The notes under the pieces were generated by a model. The model made no database searches. It saw only the letters and a list, made by a program, of their open reading frames with translations, and had not been told where the DNA came from. 64,000 bases of DNA from Deltaproteobacteria bacterium (GTDB taxonomy: Bacteria > Desulfobacterota > Desulfuromonadia > Desulfuromonadales > JAAYDE01): the NCBI GenBank assembly GCA_012729375.1, contig JAAYDE010000004.1, forward strand, positions 3,528-67,527, read 5' to 3'. Position numbers and translations under genes: made by a program. Positions 10,013-18,762 of the stretch are shown here, one piece after another. Position 1 is the first letter of the stretch; each line of letters begins with the position of its first letter.

Positions 10013-10702
10013 ATGACCTTGCCTGAAGAAATGGTGATGTTTGCCGGCAGGCTTTTGCTGGCCGCCTTTTTGGGTGGGCTCATCGGCCTGGAGCGGGAGT
10101 ACCACGGTCGTGATGCTGGCTTCCGTACCCATCTTCTGGTGGCCATGGGCGCCTGCCTTATGGTTTTCATTTCGGAGTATTTTTATTTCCGCTACGGCGC
10201 TGAATCAGAGCTGGGAATCATCCGTCTCGACCCGACCCGGATCGCCGCCCAGATAGTGACCGGAATCGGCTTCCTTGGCGCCGGAGCGATTCTGCGCGAA
10301 GGTCTTTCGGTGCGTGGATTGACTACCGCGGCCTGTCTTTGGCTGGTGGCCGGACTGGGCATGGCGGTAGGGGTAGGGCTTTATTTTCCGGCTGTTTTCG
10401 CCACCCTTCTTTCCTTGCTCACCTTGTGGATCCTCAAAAAGGTGGAAAGGCGGGTGCGACGCGGTTCCTTCCGGATTCTGACCGTCCACTGCGTGGCGGA
10501 AGACGGTACGCTGGACAAGCTGAGAACTTTTTTGACGGAAAGAAAGATCGAGATCTTCGACTTCTCCCTGGAGAGAAATCTGACCAGCCGGGAAATGAAG
10601 ATCGACCTGACCATTCGCATTCGTCCCGAGGCCCAAACGATTACTCCGCTGATGGAATCGGTAGCGGCGCTGGAATACGTCAACAAGGTGGTTTTCCGCT
10701 AA
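10013..10702 (+). CDS. mgtC: MgtC/SapB family membrane protein
   Basis: LGGLIGLEREYHGRDAGFRTHLLV block. N-terminal membrane domain plus a C-terminal soluble ACT-like domain. ATG at 10013 (the track starts at TTG 10004). Confidence 0.8.
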   Translation: MTLPEEMVMFAGRLLLAAFLGGLIGLEREYHGRDAGFRTHLLVAMGACLMVFISEYFYFRYGAESELGIIRLDPTRIAAQIVTGIGFLGAGAILREGLSVRGLTTAACLWLVAGLGMAVGVGLYFPAVFATLLSLLTLWILKKVERRVRRGSFRILTVHCVAEDGTLDKLRTFLTERKIEIFDFSLERNLTSREMKIDLTIRIRPEAQTITPLMESVAALEYVNKVVFR

Positions 10703-10761
10703 ACTTTGTTATCTATTTTTCAGCCTGGCAAAACGGGTCAGGTCGTTTGAAGGGGGAATGG

Positions 10762-11520
10762 GTGAATAAGGAAAAAATACTTCTGGTCGATGATGTCGCG
10801 CCTTTTCTGGACCTGGAGAGGTCTTTTTTCGATGAAGAACGTTTTGATGTTTTGACCGCCGGTTCCGGGCTCGAGGCGGTGCGGATTGTGTCCCGCCAGC
10901 CGCCGGCGCTGATTTTCATGGACCTTCACATGCCCGACATGAACGGGGATGAAGCCTGCGCCCTGATCAAGAGCGACCCGGTTTTTAAAAGTATTCCGAT
11001 CATTCTGGTGACCCATCCCGATGAAGATGACATCGCCAAATGTCGGGCCAGCGGTTGCGAGGGGTATATTTTCAAACCAGTCAGCCGCCATGATTTTGCG
11101 GAAGCGGTCAAACAATTCCTGGGAAAGGATACACGAATGGCGGTTCGCGTGCCTGTTCGTCTGGTCATTCGCTACAAACTTGAAGGGGATACCCGCGTCC
11201 TTGAACGCTATGCCGTCAACATGAGCAGTGGCGGGGTTTTTCTGGAAACCGAGGATGTCCTTCCGGAAAACACTCCTCTTTCGCTGGCTTTCATTCTCCC
11301 CGGCGAGGGCAGCGAGGTCTCCTGTGCGGGGCGCGTGGCCTGGGTCAATGGCCCTCAACACAGGGTGAATCCCAATCTGCCGGCGGGGATGGGAATCCAG
11401 TTCGTTGTCAATCAGTTTCAGGAACTCAGCGCCATCCGCAAGTACCTGCAACTGGTCAACGATGGAAAAGAGGAGGATTCGCTCCAGAGTGAGGGCAACT
11501 GTTCTCATCTCCCTGTCTGA
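10762..11520 (+). CDS. Response regulator receiver domain fused to a PilZ (c-di-GMP-binding) domain
   Basis: GTG start at 10762 preceded by AAGGGGGAA. REC domain (LLVDD, FMDLHMPDMNG, KP). PilZ motifs RVPVR (RxxxR) and NMSSGG (D/NxSxxG). Confidence 0.85.
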   Translation: MNKEKILLVDDVAPFLDLERSFFDEERFDVLTAGSGLEAVRIVSRQPPALIFMDLHMPDMNGDEACALIKSDPVFKSIPIILVTHPDEDDIAKCRASGCEGYIFKPVSRHDFAEAVKQFLGKDTRMAVRVPVRLVIRYKLEGDTRVLERYAVNMSSGGVFLETEDVLPENTPLSLAFILPGEGSEVSCAGRVAWVNGPQHRVNPNLPAGMGIQFVVNQFQELSAIRKYLQLVNDGKEEDSLQSEGNCSHLPV

Positions 11521-11605
11521 CCGGTCAGCGCTGATTTGCACCTGACGGTTTTTCCGATTGGACGGAGAAACCGTTTTTGAAATATAATTCAAACCATCCT
11601 TATCC

Positions 11606-11642
11606 GGAGGTCAATGGTCTTTCCGTTGACCTCCCTCTTTTT
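11606..11642 (+). terminator. Hairpin plus T-run downstream of the REC-PilZ gene
   Basis: GGAGGTCAA-N11-TTGACCTCC (9-bp perfect stem) followed by CTCTTTTT. A weaker hairpin plus T5 precedes it near 11544-11580. Confidence 0.6.
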
Positions 11643-11692
11643 CCCCGCTACTCTGGTTCGAAATCACCTGGATCGAATCGATTTTCATTATA

Positions 11693-12667
11693 ATGAACGA
11701 TTTTAACGAGGAATGGACGGCCGGCAGCCTCAGCGCCGTTGCCACAAAGAAACTCTGGCGTCTGCAACCTGTGGCGGATGAAGACGGAGAGCGCCTCGAC
11801 CTGTTCATCGCCGGACGCTGCCGGGAACTCTCCCGGGGGCTGATCCGTAAGGCGATCGATTTGGGCGGGGTGCATGTCGGCGGGCGCAGAACCCGCCGCT
11901 GCAGCCAGCCGGTGCGGAGCGGCGAGATGGTGGAGATGTATCTCGACGGCCTGCCGCTGAACGTTTTTTCCCTGGACGATTCCCTGGTCCTGTACCGGGA
12001 TTCGTGGCTCCTGGCGGTAAACAAACCCGCCGGCATCGACACCAATCCGACGCCGGCCCGCTACCGGGGAACCCTCTATGAAGCTCTGCTGCGTTATCTC
12101 CATAATCCCTTTCGCCCCCTCGACCGGCCTGAACTTGGCATGGTCCAGCGTCTGGACCGCGACACCTCGGGGGTTCTGCTTTTTTCCATCCACCGCCGCG
12201 CCCACAAACCGCTGACGGCCATATTCCGGGAGCGCCGGGCGAAAAAGCTTTACCGCCTGCTGGCGGCCGGGGCTTTCCCCGAAGGGGAGGGGGAGTTTCG
12301 TTCCCTGCTGGCCCGCAACCGGGGCAGCAACCGGATGAAGTCGGTGGCCGCGGGGGGCAAGGAGGCAGTCACCCGATTCCGGGTGCTGGAACAGTTTGCA
12401 GAGGCGGCTTACCTGGAAGCGGAGATTGTGACCGGCCGCTCCCATCAGATCCGCGCTCATTTTTCGGAGGCGGGTCACGGCCTGCTGGGCGACAGCAGGT
12501 ATGGAGGGCCGGAAAGTCTTTCCGGGCAGCGCTTTCGCCGCCCCATGCTCCATTCCTTTCATCTTGCCTTGCCCCATCCCGTTACCGGTGCCCCCCTGGA
12601 ACTGGCGGCGTCCCCTCCGGCGGACATAAATGAGGCGCTGAGCCGCTTTCGAAGGGGGGATCAGTGA
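11693..12667 (+). CDS. RluA-family 23S rRNA/tRNA pseudouridine synthase (S4-like N-terminus)
   Basis: Catalytic block GMVQRLDRDTSGVLLF and C-terminal TGRSHQIRAH motif. Confidence 0.85.
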   Translation: MNDFNEEWTAGSLSAVATKKLWRLQPVADEDGERLDLFIAGRCRELSRGLIRKAIDLGGVHVGGRRTRRCSQPVRSGEMVEMYLDGLPLNVFSLDDSLVLYRDSWLLAVNKPAGIDTNPTPARYRGTLYEALLRYLHNPFRPLDRPELGMVQRLDRDTSGVLLFSIHRRAHKPLTAIFRERRAKKLYRLLAAGAFPEGEGEFRSLLARNRGSNRMKSVAAGGKEAVTRFRVLEQFAEAAYLEAEIVTGRSHQIRAHFSEAGHGLLGDSRYGGPESLSGQRFRRPMLHSFHLALPHPVTGAPLELAASPPADINEALSRFRRGDQ

Positions 12668-12670
12668 TCT

Positions 12671-12770
12671 AAAAAAAGTTCGTGGCTGTTGGCTCATAGC
12701 TCGTCAAGACTGCTGCCAAAGACAGCTCGAACAAGTCAAATTGCCAGCCACAAGCCACGAACCGTTTTTT
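12671..12770. repeat. Intergenic hairpin element A (heptad-periodic inverted repeat, A7...T6 flanks)
   Basis: Arms GTTCGTGGCTGTTGGC (12678-12693) and GCCACAAGCCACGAAC (about 12747-12762), roughly 14/16 complementary. Contains TCATAGCTCGT (12694-12704), related to the module seen in elements B and E. Confidence 0.7.
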
Positions 12771-12798
12771 AGTCGCCTTCACCAAAGAGGATTTTCCC

Positions 12799-13587
12799 AT
12801 GTTGGCTTTTCCCCAAATCGATCCGGTGCTGATCCGCATAGGACCTCTGGCGGTTCGCTGGTACGGGCTCATGTATCTATTGGCTTTTGGTGTCGGGTAC
12901 CTGGTGATCCGTGGCCTGGGCCGGCGGCGGAATGTCGCCATGGCCGACACAACCGCTTCCGACCTGCTGTTTCACGCCATGCTCGGAGTCATCCTCGGCG
13001 GCCGTCTTGGCTATGTCCTTTTCTACAATCCCGGTTATTACTTGCGGCATCCCTTGCGCATCTTTGCCGTCTGGGAAGGGGGGATGAGCTTCCACGGGGG
13101 GCTTCTGGGGGTGGTCGCCGCGGTGCTGATCTTCAGTTACCGAAAAAGGTTGCCGGTGTTGCTGGTGGCCGACATCATGGCCGCCGCGGCGGCTCCCGGC
13201 CTTTTTTTCGGACGCATCGGCAACTTCATCAACGGTGAGTTGTGGGGCCGGGTCACCGATCTTCCCTGGGGGATGGTCTTTCCCGGCGCCGGTTCGGCGC
13301 CGCGCCATCCCAGCCAACTTTATGAAGCCCTGCTCGAGGGCCTGGTGCTGACGGTGGTACTCCTCCTTCTGCACCGCCGCAAGGTTGCCCACGGCGTTCC
13401 TTTTTTCACTTTTTTCCTACTGTACGGGGTGTTCCGCTTCGCCGTCGAGTTCGTCCGTGAGCCGGACGCCCATCTCGGCTATCTGTGGGCTGGCGCCACC
13501 ATGGGACAGCTCCTTTCCCTGCCCATGATCGGCTTGGGTATAGTCGGCTTGATGCTGGTTTTAAAAAAGAAAAAGGCTCTACGATGA
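12799..13587 (+). CDS. lgt: Prolipoprotein diacylglyceryl transferase
   Basis: 262 aa. Blocks RWYGLMYLLAF, GGRLGYVLFY, FHGGLLG, GRIGNFINGELWG. Confidence 0.9.
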   Translation: MLAFPQIDPVLIRIGPLAVRWYGLMYLLAFGVGYLVIRGLGRRRNVAMADTTASDLLFHAMLGVILGGRLGYVLFYNPGYYLRHPLRIFAVWEGGMSFHGGLLGVVAAVLIFSYRKRLPVLLVADIMAAAAAPGLFFGRIGNFINGELWGRVTDLPWGMVFPGAGSAPRHPSQLYEALLEGLVLTVVLLLLHRRKVAHGVPFFTFFLLYGVFRFAVEFVREPDAHLGYLWAGATMGQLLSLPMIGLGIVGLMLVLKKKKALR

Positions 13588-14261
13588 ACAAAATCAAAGG
13601 GATCATTTTCGACTTCGACGGCGTGCTCTTCGACAGCCTCCACGCCAACCTGGCCTATTACAATACGGTCTTCGAGGCCTTCGGCGCTCCGCCGGTGACC
13701 GCCGACGATGGGGACAAGATGCTGCTCTGCCACACGGCGAACAGCGCCAGGGTTTTTGAGGTTCTGCTGGGGGAGGAAAAACGGGACGCGGCCCTGGCCT
13801 TCGCCGCCGACCTCGATTTCCACCGTTTCGTGCCGCTGATGGAACTGGAGCCGGGCCTTCTTCCCGCGTTGCGGGATTTGCATCAGAGCGTGACGCTGGC
13901 CGTGGCCACCAACCGCAGCGGCAGCACTTACGCGATCCTCGAACATTTTGACCTGGCCCGCTATTTCCGCACCGTGGTGACCTGTCAGGACGTGACCCGG
14001 CCCAAGCCCGATCCGGAGATGCTGCTGCTGGCGGCAGCGCGGATCGGGGCGGCACGGGACGAAGTGCTTTATGTGGGGGATTCGGAATTGGATCGGCGGG
14101 CGGCGGAGGCCGCGGGAATGTTTTTCCTCGACTACAAGGGGGCGGCCGGAGGAACCCTGAGGATCGATGGTCACTCCGAGCTGGTGTCCCTCTTTTTGAG
14201 CGGCGGCCTGGAGAGACGCTTGACCATCTCCAGCACGTTGCCTCCGTCCACCCTGCGGTAG
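13584..14261 (+). CDS. HAD-superfamily hydrolase (phosphoglycolate phosphatase-like subfamily IA)
   Basis: ATG at 13584 overlaps the lgt stop (ATGA). Motif I IIFDFDGVLFDS and motif III/IV YVGDSELD. The 3' end overlaps the convergent kinase gene by 91 nt. Confidence 0.8.
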   Translation: MNKIKGIIFDFDGVLFDSLHANLAYYNTVFEAFGAPPVTADDGDKMLLCHTANSARVFEVLLGEEKRDAALAFAADLDFHRFVPLMELEPGLLPALRDLHQSVTLAVATNRSGSTYAILEHFDLARYFRTVVTCQDVTRPKPDPEMLLLAAARIGAARDEVLYVGDSELDRRAAEAAGMFFLDYKGAAGGTLRIDGHSELVSLFLSGGLERRLTISSTLPPSTLR

Positions 14262-14629
14262 GAAACCTCGTCCATCAGGCAGCGGATGATGTGGATTCCC
14301 CGTCCATGATCGTTGAGGATGTTTTCATCGGGAGGGGGCAGGGAGTTGATGTCGAACCCCTGGCCCTGGTCGTGGACGCGGATGCGCAGGCAGTCGTTAT
14401 CGATGCCGATGGAGATGTGGACCTCCTTGTCGGGATCGGCCACGTTGCCGTGGATCATGGCGTTGGCGATCGATTCGGTCAGCACCAGGTTGATGTGGTA
14501 GGCCAGTTCTTCCCGGTCCCCGCCGTATCTATCGAGGGTGCGGGCGAGGTTCTCCCCGATGTTGCCGATCAGACTCAGGTAACGGGTCTTGTTGGGAATG
14601 CGGATATTGACTTCGATTTTGTCGTGCAT
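14171..14629 (-). CDS. RsbW/SpoIIAB-like anti-sigma-type serine kinase (HATPase_c)
   Basis: 152 aa. N-box ESIANAMIHGN and G-box HDQGQGF...GRGIHII. Confidence 0.85.
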   Translation of the reverse strand: MHDKIEVNIRIPNKTRYLSLIGNIGENLARTLDRYGGDREELAYHINLVLTESIANAMIHGNVADPDKEVHISIGIDNDCLRIRVHDQGQGFDINSLPPPDENILNDHGRGIHIIRCLMDEVSYRRVDGGNVLEMVKRLSRPPLKKRDTSSE

Positions 14630-14648
14630 ACCAACCCGGGTGAGGCGC

Positions 14649-14984
14649 TCAGAAGCTGGCCAGGGCTTCCGGAACGCCGGCGAAGATTTCGAAAACCCGA
14701 TGCAAACGGGTCAGCTCAAACATCGATTTCACCTGTGTCTGCAGGCCGCAGAGTTTGAGGCTGCCGTTGCGGGCGGTAGCGTTTTTGAAACCCGACACCA
14801 GGGCGCCGAGGCCGGAGGAATCGATGAAGCGCACTCCTTTCAGATCGATGATCATGTTGTTCCTGCCCGCCTCGAAAAGGCTCAGCATCTGGGATTTGAA
14901 TTCGTTGCTGTTGTGGGCGTCCAGGCGCTCTTCCTTCAATTCGACGATTACCGCTTTTTCATGCTCCGTGACATCGCAGTTCAT
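14649..14984 (-). CDS. STAS-domain anti-sigma-factor antagonist (RsbV/SpoIIAA-like)
   Basis: FIDSSGLGALV with the phosphorylatable Ser. ATG at 14984 preceded by GGAGGAA at 5-nt spacing (the track ORF extends to 15011). Confidence 0.85.
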   Translation of the reverse strand: MNCDVTEHEKAVIVELKEERLDAHNSNEFKSQMLSLFEAGRNNMIIDLKGVRFIDSSGLGALVSGFKNATARNGSLKLCGLQTQVKSMFELTRLHRVFEIFAGVPEALASF

Positions 14985-15229
14985 GCCGGTTCCTCCGCTG
15001 ATGGTGTCCAATGATTTTCAACGTCCATGAAAAACCAAATTTTTATAAACATAACACAGTTTATTCCCGGCGGGCGGAAAACCTGTCATCTGTGGACGCC
15101 GCGAAAGTCAAGATTTTGGCTTTCGCGACCCGGATTGCGGGTTCGCCAAAGCGCCGGCCGGGACCCAAGCGATTTCCCATGATAAAACGGCTTCATGAAA
15201 ACCCAGGGCGCCGTTTTAAAGCCGTTCTC

Positions 15230-18200
15230 TCACTTCTCCTCCACTTTGATAATCACCAGGGAAACGTCATCCTCGAGACTCTCCCTGCCGGAGAATTGGC
15301 GCACCGTGTTCAACAGTTCGACGGCGATCTCGGTGGGGTGGAGCTTGCGGCTGTTTTTAAGAAAAATTCGCAGACGCGCCTCGCCGAAAAGTTCCTGATT
15401 GTCGTCGCGGGCCTCGATAATGCCGTCCGTGTAAAGGAGCAGGATGTCGCCGGGAGCGAGGGTTTCCGTTTTTTCCTCGAAAGTGACCTCTTCCTTGATG
15501 CCGAGGATCAGCCCTTCGGCGTCCAAAAGCAGGCATTTTCCGGTGGCGGCGCGGAACAGCAAAGGCGGGTTGTGGCCGGCGCTGGCGTAGCTGAAGCGGC
15601 GGCTTTCGGGGTCGAGGCGCAGGTAGAAGAGGGTGATGAAGAGTTCCGCTTTGCTCAGGTCACGGTTGAAGAAGCGGTTCAGCGCCTGCATGATGCCGGC
15701 CGGCCCGGAAAAGTTGTGATACTGGGCATGGATGAAGGTCCGTGCCTCGGCCATCATCAGGGCGGCGCCGACATTGTGGCCGGAGACATCGGCGATGAGG
15801 ATGTCGAGGCTGCGGTCGCCGTTGATCAGAACGTCGTAATAGTCCCCGCCCACCTGACTGGCGGGTTCGCAGAAACCGGCCAGAGACAGCCCTTTGATCT
15901 GGGGCAGTTTGGCTGGCAGCAGGCTGAACTGGATGCGTTTGGCGATCTCCATCTCCTTCTGGTGTTCCTTGGCCTCCAGCAGCTTTTCCGTTTGCTGGGC
16001 GTTGCGCCAGGCCACTCCCAGCTGACCGGCCAGGCTGGTGAAGAACTCGGTGAATTCCTCGGTGAAAATCCCCTTGATGGTCCTGGAATAAGCGGAAAGC
16101 ACTCCCACCGGCTGGTTCTCGATGACAATGGGTGTGTGGGCCATCGATTTGATTCCTTCCCGGCGGATTATTTTTACCGAATCTGGATTGGTGACCGTTT
16201 CCGCGTCGTTGATGATGACCAGCGAATTCTTGCGGAAGGATTCAGTGACAAAGGTCTGTTCATGGAGCTGAATCCTCGAGGAGAGGAGATGCCCTTCGGT
16301 CATGCCGATCTGGCTTTTGACGACGAGGGCGTTCTGGGCCGGGTCGAAGATGCGGATGATGCACAAATCGAGCATGAACTGCTGTTCCAGAAGGCGCAGG
16401 ATATCGTCGAGAATGGTCTGCAACCCCTTGCCGCTGGCCACCATCCGCGCCGCTTCGTAGAGGACGCTAAGCTGCTCGCGGCTGGCGTTGCGGCTCAAGG
16501 TGACGTTGCCGAAGATATCGAAAACATCCTCCATCTTGCTGCCGCGGGCGGAAAGGTAATTTTCGATAATGATGCGTGCCGGCGCGGCCCCAACCGAACC
16601 CGCCAGGGTTTTTTCGGTGAATCGCTTGAGGGCCGGGACCTCCTGATCGGGGAGGGAGCCGCGGAGGTCGATGCCCTTATCCTTCAGATAGTCGCCGATG
16701 GCCGACTGGGCTCTCTCCTCACCGATGAACTTGGTCATCAACTCGACGAACTCGCGGACGCTGGGCGCTTTGCTGAGAATCTTCATGCCCGCCGGTTCGG
16801 CGGGGGGAGAGAGGGCATGGACGAAGCGGTCGACCTGTTCCAGTTCGCGGGGGGTGAGTCGGCCGAAGACGGATATAACCAGGAAGGAGCCGAGATTGAA
16901 CAGCAGGCTCCAGAACAGGGCGTGGGACCAGACGTCCAGTCCGGCCAGGCCGAAAAGGGCATGGGGGCGGAGCCATGAAATGCCCCAGGGGCCTTCTCCC
17001 AGGATGTCGCCGGGAAGCCAGCCGGAAGCGATCAGGGAAGGAATGAGCAGGGTGTAGCCCCAGATCAGGAAACCGGCGACCAGACCCGTGAGCGCTCCCC
17101 GGCGCGAGGCTTTTTCCCAGAGCAGGCCGCCGATCAGGGAGGGCGCGAACTGGACGGCGGCGACAAAGGAAATGAGCACGATATTGATCAGGCCGTAGCT
17201 GTCGGAAAGGGCTTTGTCGTAGAAATAGCCGCCGAGAATGATCAGAAAGATGGCAATCCGTTTGGTGTTGATGAGCATGCCGGAAAGGGAGGCGGCGCCG
17301 CTGCGGATCTTGAGGACGGCGGGGACCACCAGGTTGTTGAGGATCATGGTGGATAGGGCCACGGAAGTCACCATCACCATGCCCGCCGCGGCCGACAGGC
17401 CGCCGAGGAAGATCAGCAGGGTCAGCCAGGGCGGTCCCTTCTCCATGGGCAGGCGGAGGACGAAATAGTCGGCGGGAACGGCGCTGGCGCTGAAGAAAAC
17501 CAGTCCGGCCAGGGCGATGGGGATGATGAAGAGGGAGAATAGGAGCATGTAGGCCGGGAACAGCCACATGGCGGTGCGGATGTGTTTCTCCCGGCTGTTT
17601 TCGATGACCATGAGGTGAAACTGGCCGGGGAGACAGAGCGGGGCCAGCATGCCGATGATCAGCAGGGTAAACCACTGGGTGTAAGTAATGGTTGCGGTGG
17701 GCAGGGAAAGAAGCGCACCGGCCTGGTCGGCATGGCGGAAAAATTGCCGAAGGAGATCGTCGAGACCGTCAAAAAGACCGAAAGTGACAAAAAAACCGAG
17801 GGCCAAAAAGGCGCACAGTTTGACCAGGGATTCCAGGGCGACGGCGGCGATGAGCCCGTCATGGCGCTCCGAAGCGTCGAGGTGACGGGCACCGAAGAGA
17901 ACACAGAAAAGACCGAGGAGCAGGGCGATGATCAGGCCGCTGTCGATATAGGAGGGCAGGGAGGGCGACACGGCCGCCGGAACCTTTACCATTTGTTCGG
18001 CGGTGACGGAAAGCAGGTCGAAGGTGTTGAACAGATCGATCAGATGTTGGGGGCTGACCACCGGTGGAATCGACAGCATGTTGAAGGTGGTGGAAATGGC
18101 CCGCAGCTGGATGGCGATGTAGGGAAGGGTGCCGATGACGCAGAAAAGGGTTACCAGGGCACCGATGGAGGCCGATTTGCCGTAGCGGCTGGATATGAAG

Positions 18201-18511
18201 TCGGCGAAGCTGACGATGTGCTGTTCCCGGCTGGCCCGCACCATGCGCCGCAGCAGCAGCCACCAGGTTGTCGCGATAAGGCTGGGGCCGAGGAACAGGG
18301 GGAGAAAATCGAGGCCTTGGGTGGCCATCCTTCCTGTCGCACCGTAAAAGGTCCAGGCGCTCAGAAAAACATTGAGGGAAAGGGCGTAGACATAGGCGTT
18401 GGCGGTGATACTGTGGCCGGCCTTGCGGCACTTGTCGGCATAGAAGGCAACTCCGAACAGCACGCCGAAATAGAGCAGGGAAGTGCCGGCGACGATGGCG
18501 AAGGGGATCAT
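15230..18511 (-). CDS. Sodium:solute symporter (SSF/SLC5)-like membrane domain fused to GAF and PP2C/SpoIIE phosphatase domains
   Basis: 1093 aa. The N-terminal ~560 aa is polytopic and SSF-like. A central GAF-like region follows. The C-terminus carries SpoIIE-type PP2C motifs (GGDYYDV, ADVSGHNVGAALMMA, LLLYTDGIIEA, DDVSLVIIKV). Confidence 0.85.
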   Translation of the reverse strand: MIPFAIVAGTSLLYFGVLFGVAFYADKCRKAGHSITANAYVYALSLNVFLSAWTFYGATGRMATQGLDFLPLFLGPSLIATTWWLLLRRMVRASREQHIVSFADFISSRYGKSASIGALVTLFCVIGTLPYIAIQLRAISTTFNMLSIPPVVSPQHLIDLFNTFDLLSVTAEQMVKVPAAVSPSLPSYIDSGLIIALLLGLFCVLFGARHLDASERHDGLIAAVALESLVKLCAFLALGFFVTFGLFDGLDDLLRQFFRHADQAGALLSLPTATITYTQWFTLLIIGMLAPLCLPGQFHLMVIENSREKHIRTAMWLFPAYMLLFSLFIIPIALAGLVFFSASAVPADYFVLRLPMEKGPPWLTLLIFLGGLSAAAGMVMVTSVALSTMILNNLVVPAVLKIRSGAASLSGMLINTKRIAIFLIILGGYFYDKALSDSYGLINIVLISFVAAVQFAPSLIGGLLWEKASRRGALTGLVAGFLIWGYTLLIPSLIASGWLPGDILGEGPWGISWLRPHALFGLAGLDVWSHALFWSLLFNLGSFLVISVFGRLTPRELEQVDRFVHALSPPAEPAGMKILSKAPSVREFVELMTKFIGEERAQSAIGDYLKDKGIDLRGSLPDQEVPALKRFTEKTLAGSVGAAPARIIIENYLSARGSKMEDVFDIFGNVTLSRNASREQLSVLYEAARMVASGKGLQTILDDILRLLEQQFMLDLCIIRIFDPAQNALVVKSQIGMTEGHLLSSRIQLHEQTFVTESFRKNSLVIINDAETVTNPDSVKIIRREGIKSMAHTPIVIENQPVGVLSAYSRTIKGIFTEEFTEFFTSLAGQLGVAWRNAQQTEKLLEAKEHQKEMEIAKRIQFSLLPAKLPQIKGLSLAGFCEPASQVGGDYYDVLINGDRSLDILIADVSGHNVGAALMMAEARTFIHAQYHNFSGPAGIMQALNRFFNRDLSKAELFITLFYLRLDPESRRFSYASAGHNPPLLFRAATGKCLLLDAEGLILGIKEEVTFEEKTETLAPGDILLLYTDGIIEARDDNQELFGEARLRIFLKNSRKLHPTEIAVELLNTVRQFSGRESLEDDVSLVIIKVEEK

Positions 18512-18762
18512 GGGCGCCTCCGCTTTTGCCGGTTGCCGGCCTCATCCTGTTCGTCGTCCTCTCCTGGGAGGTTCCTGACAAAAAGGAAGATGGCAAGGAT
18601 CAGCAGGCCCCAGGTCAGAAACAGGAAGACAAGGAGAGGGGAAAGCCCGGGGGTTCGCGCCGTATCGCCGAAGATCCCCAGAAAGGGATAGTTGAGGAGA
18701 ATCATACCCGCCGCCAGCAGCAGGCAGATTTCAGGAACGGTTCCCGCAGCGGGTTTCTTCAT
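18508..18762 (-). CDS. 84-aa two-span membrane protein with acidic/basic tail, translationally coupled on both sides
   Basis: Its start overlaps the upstream stop and its stop overlaps the downstream start (ATGA in both cases). Two hydrophobic spans (ICLLLAAGMILLNYPFLGIF, LLVFLFLTWGLLILAIFLFV). Confidence 0.55.
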   Translation of the reverse strand: MKKPAAGTVPEICLLLAAGMILLNYPFLGIFGDTARTPGLSPLLVFLFLTWGLLILAIFLFVRNLPGEDDEQDEAGNRQKRRRP

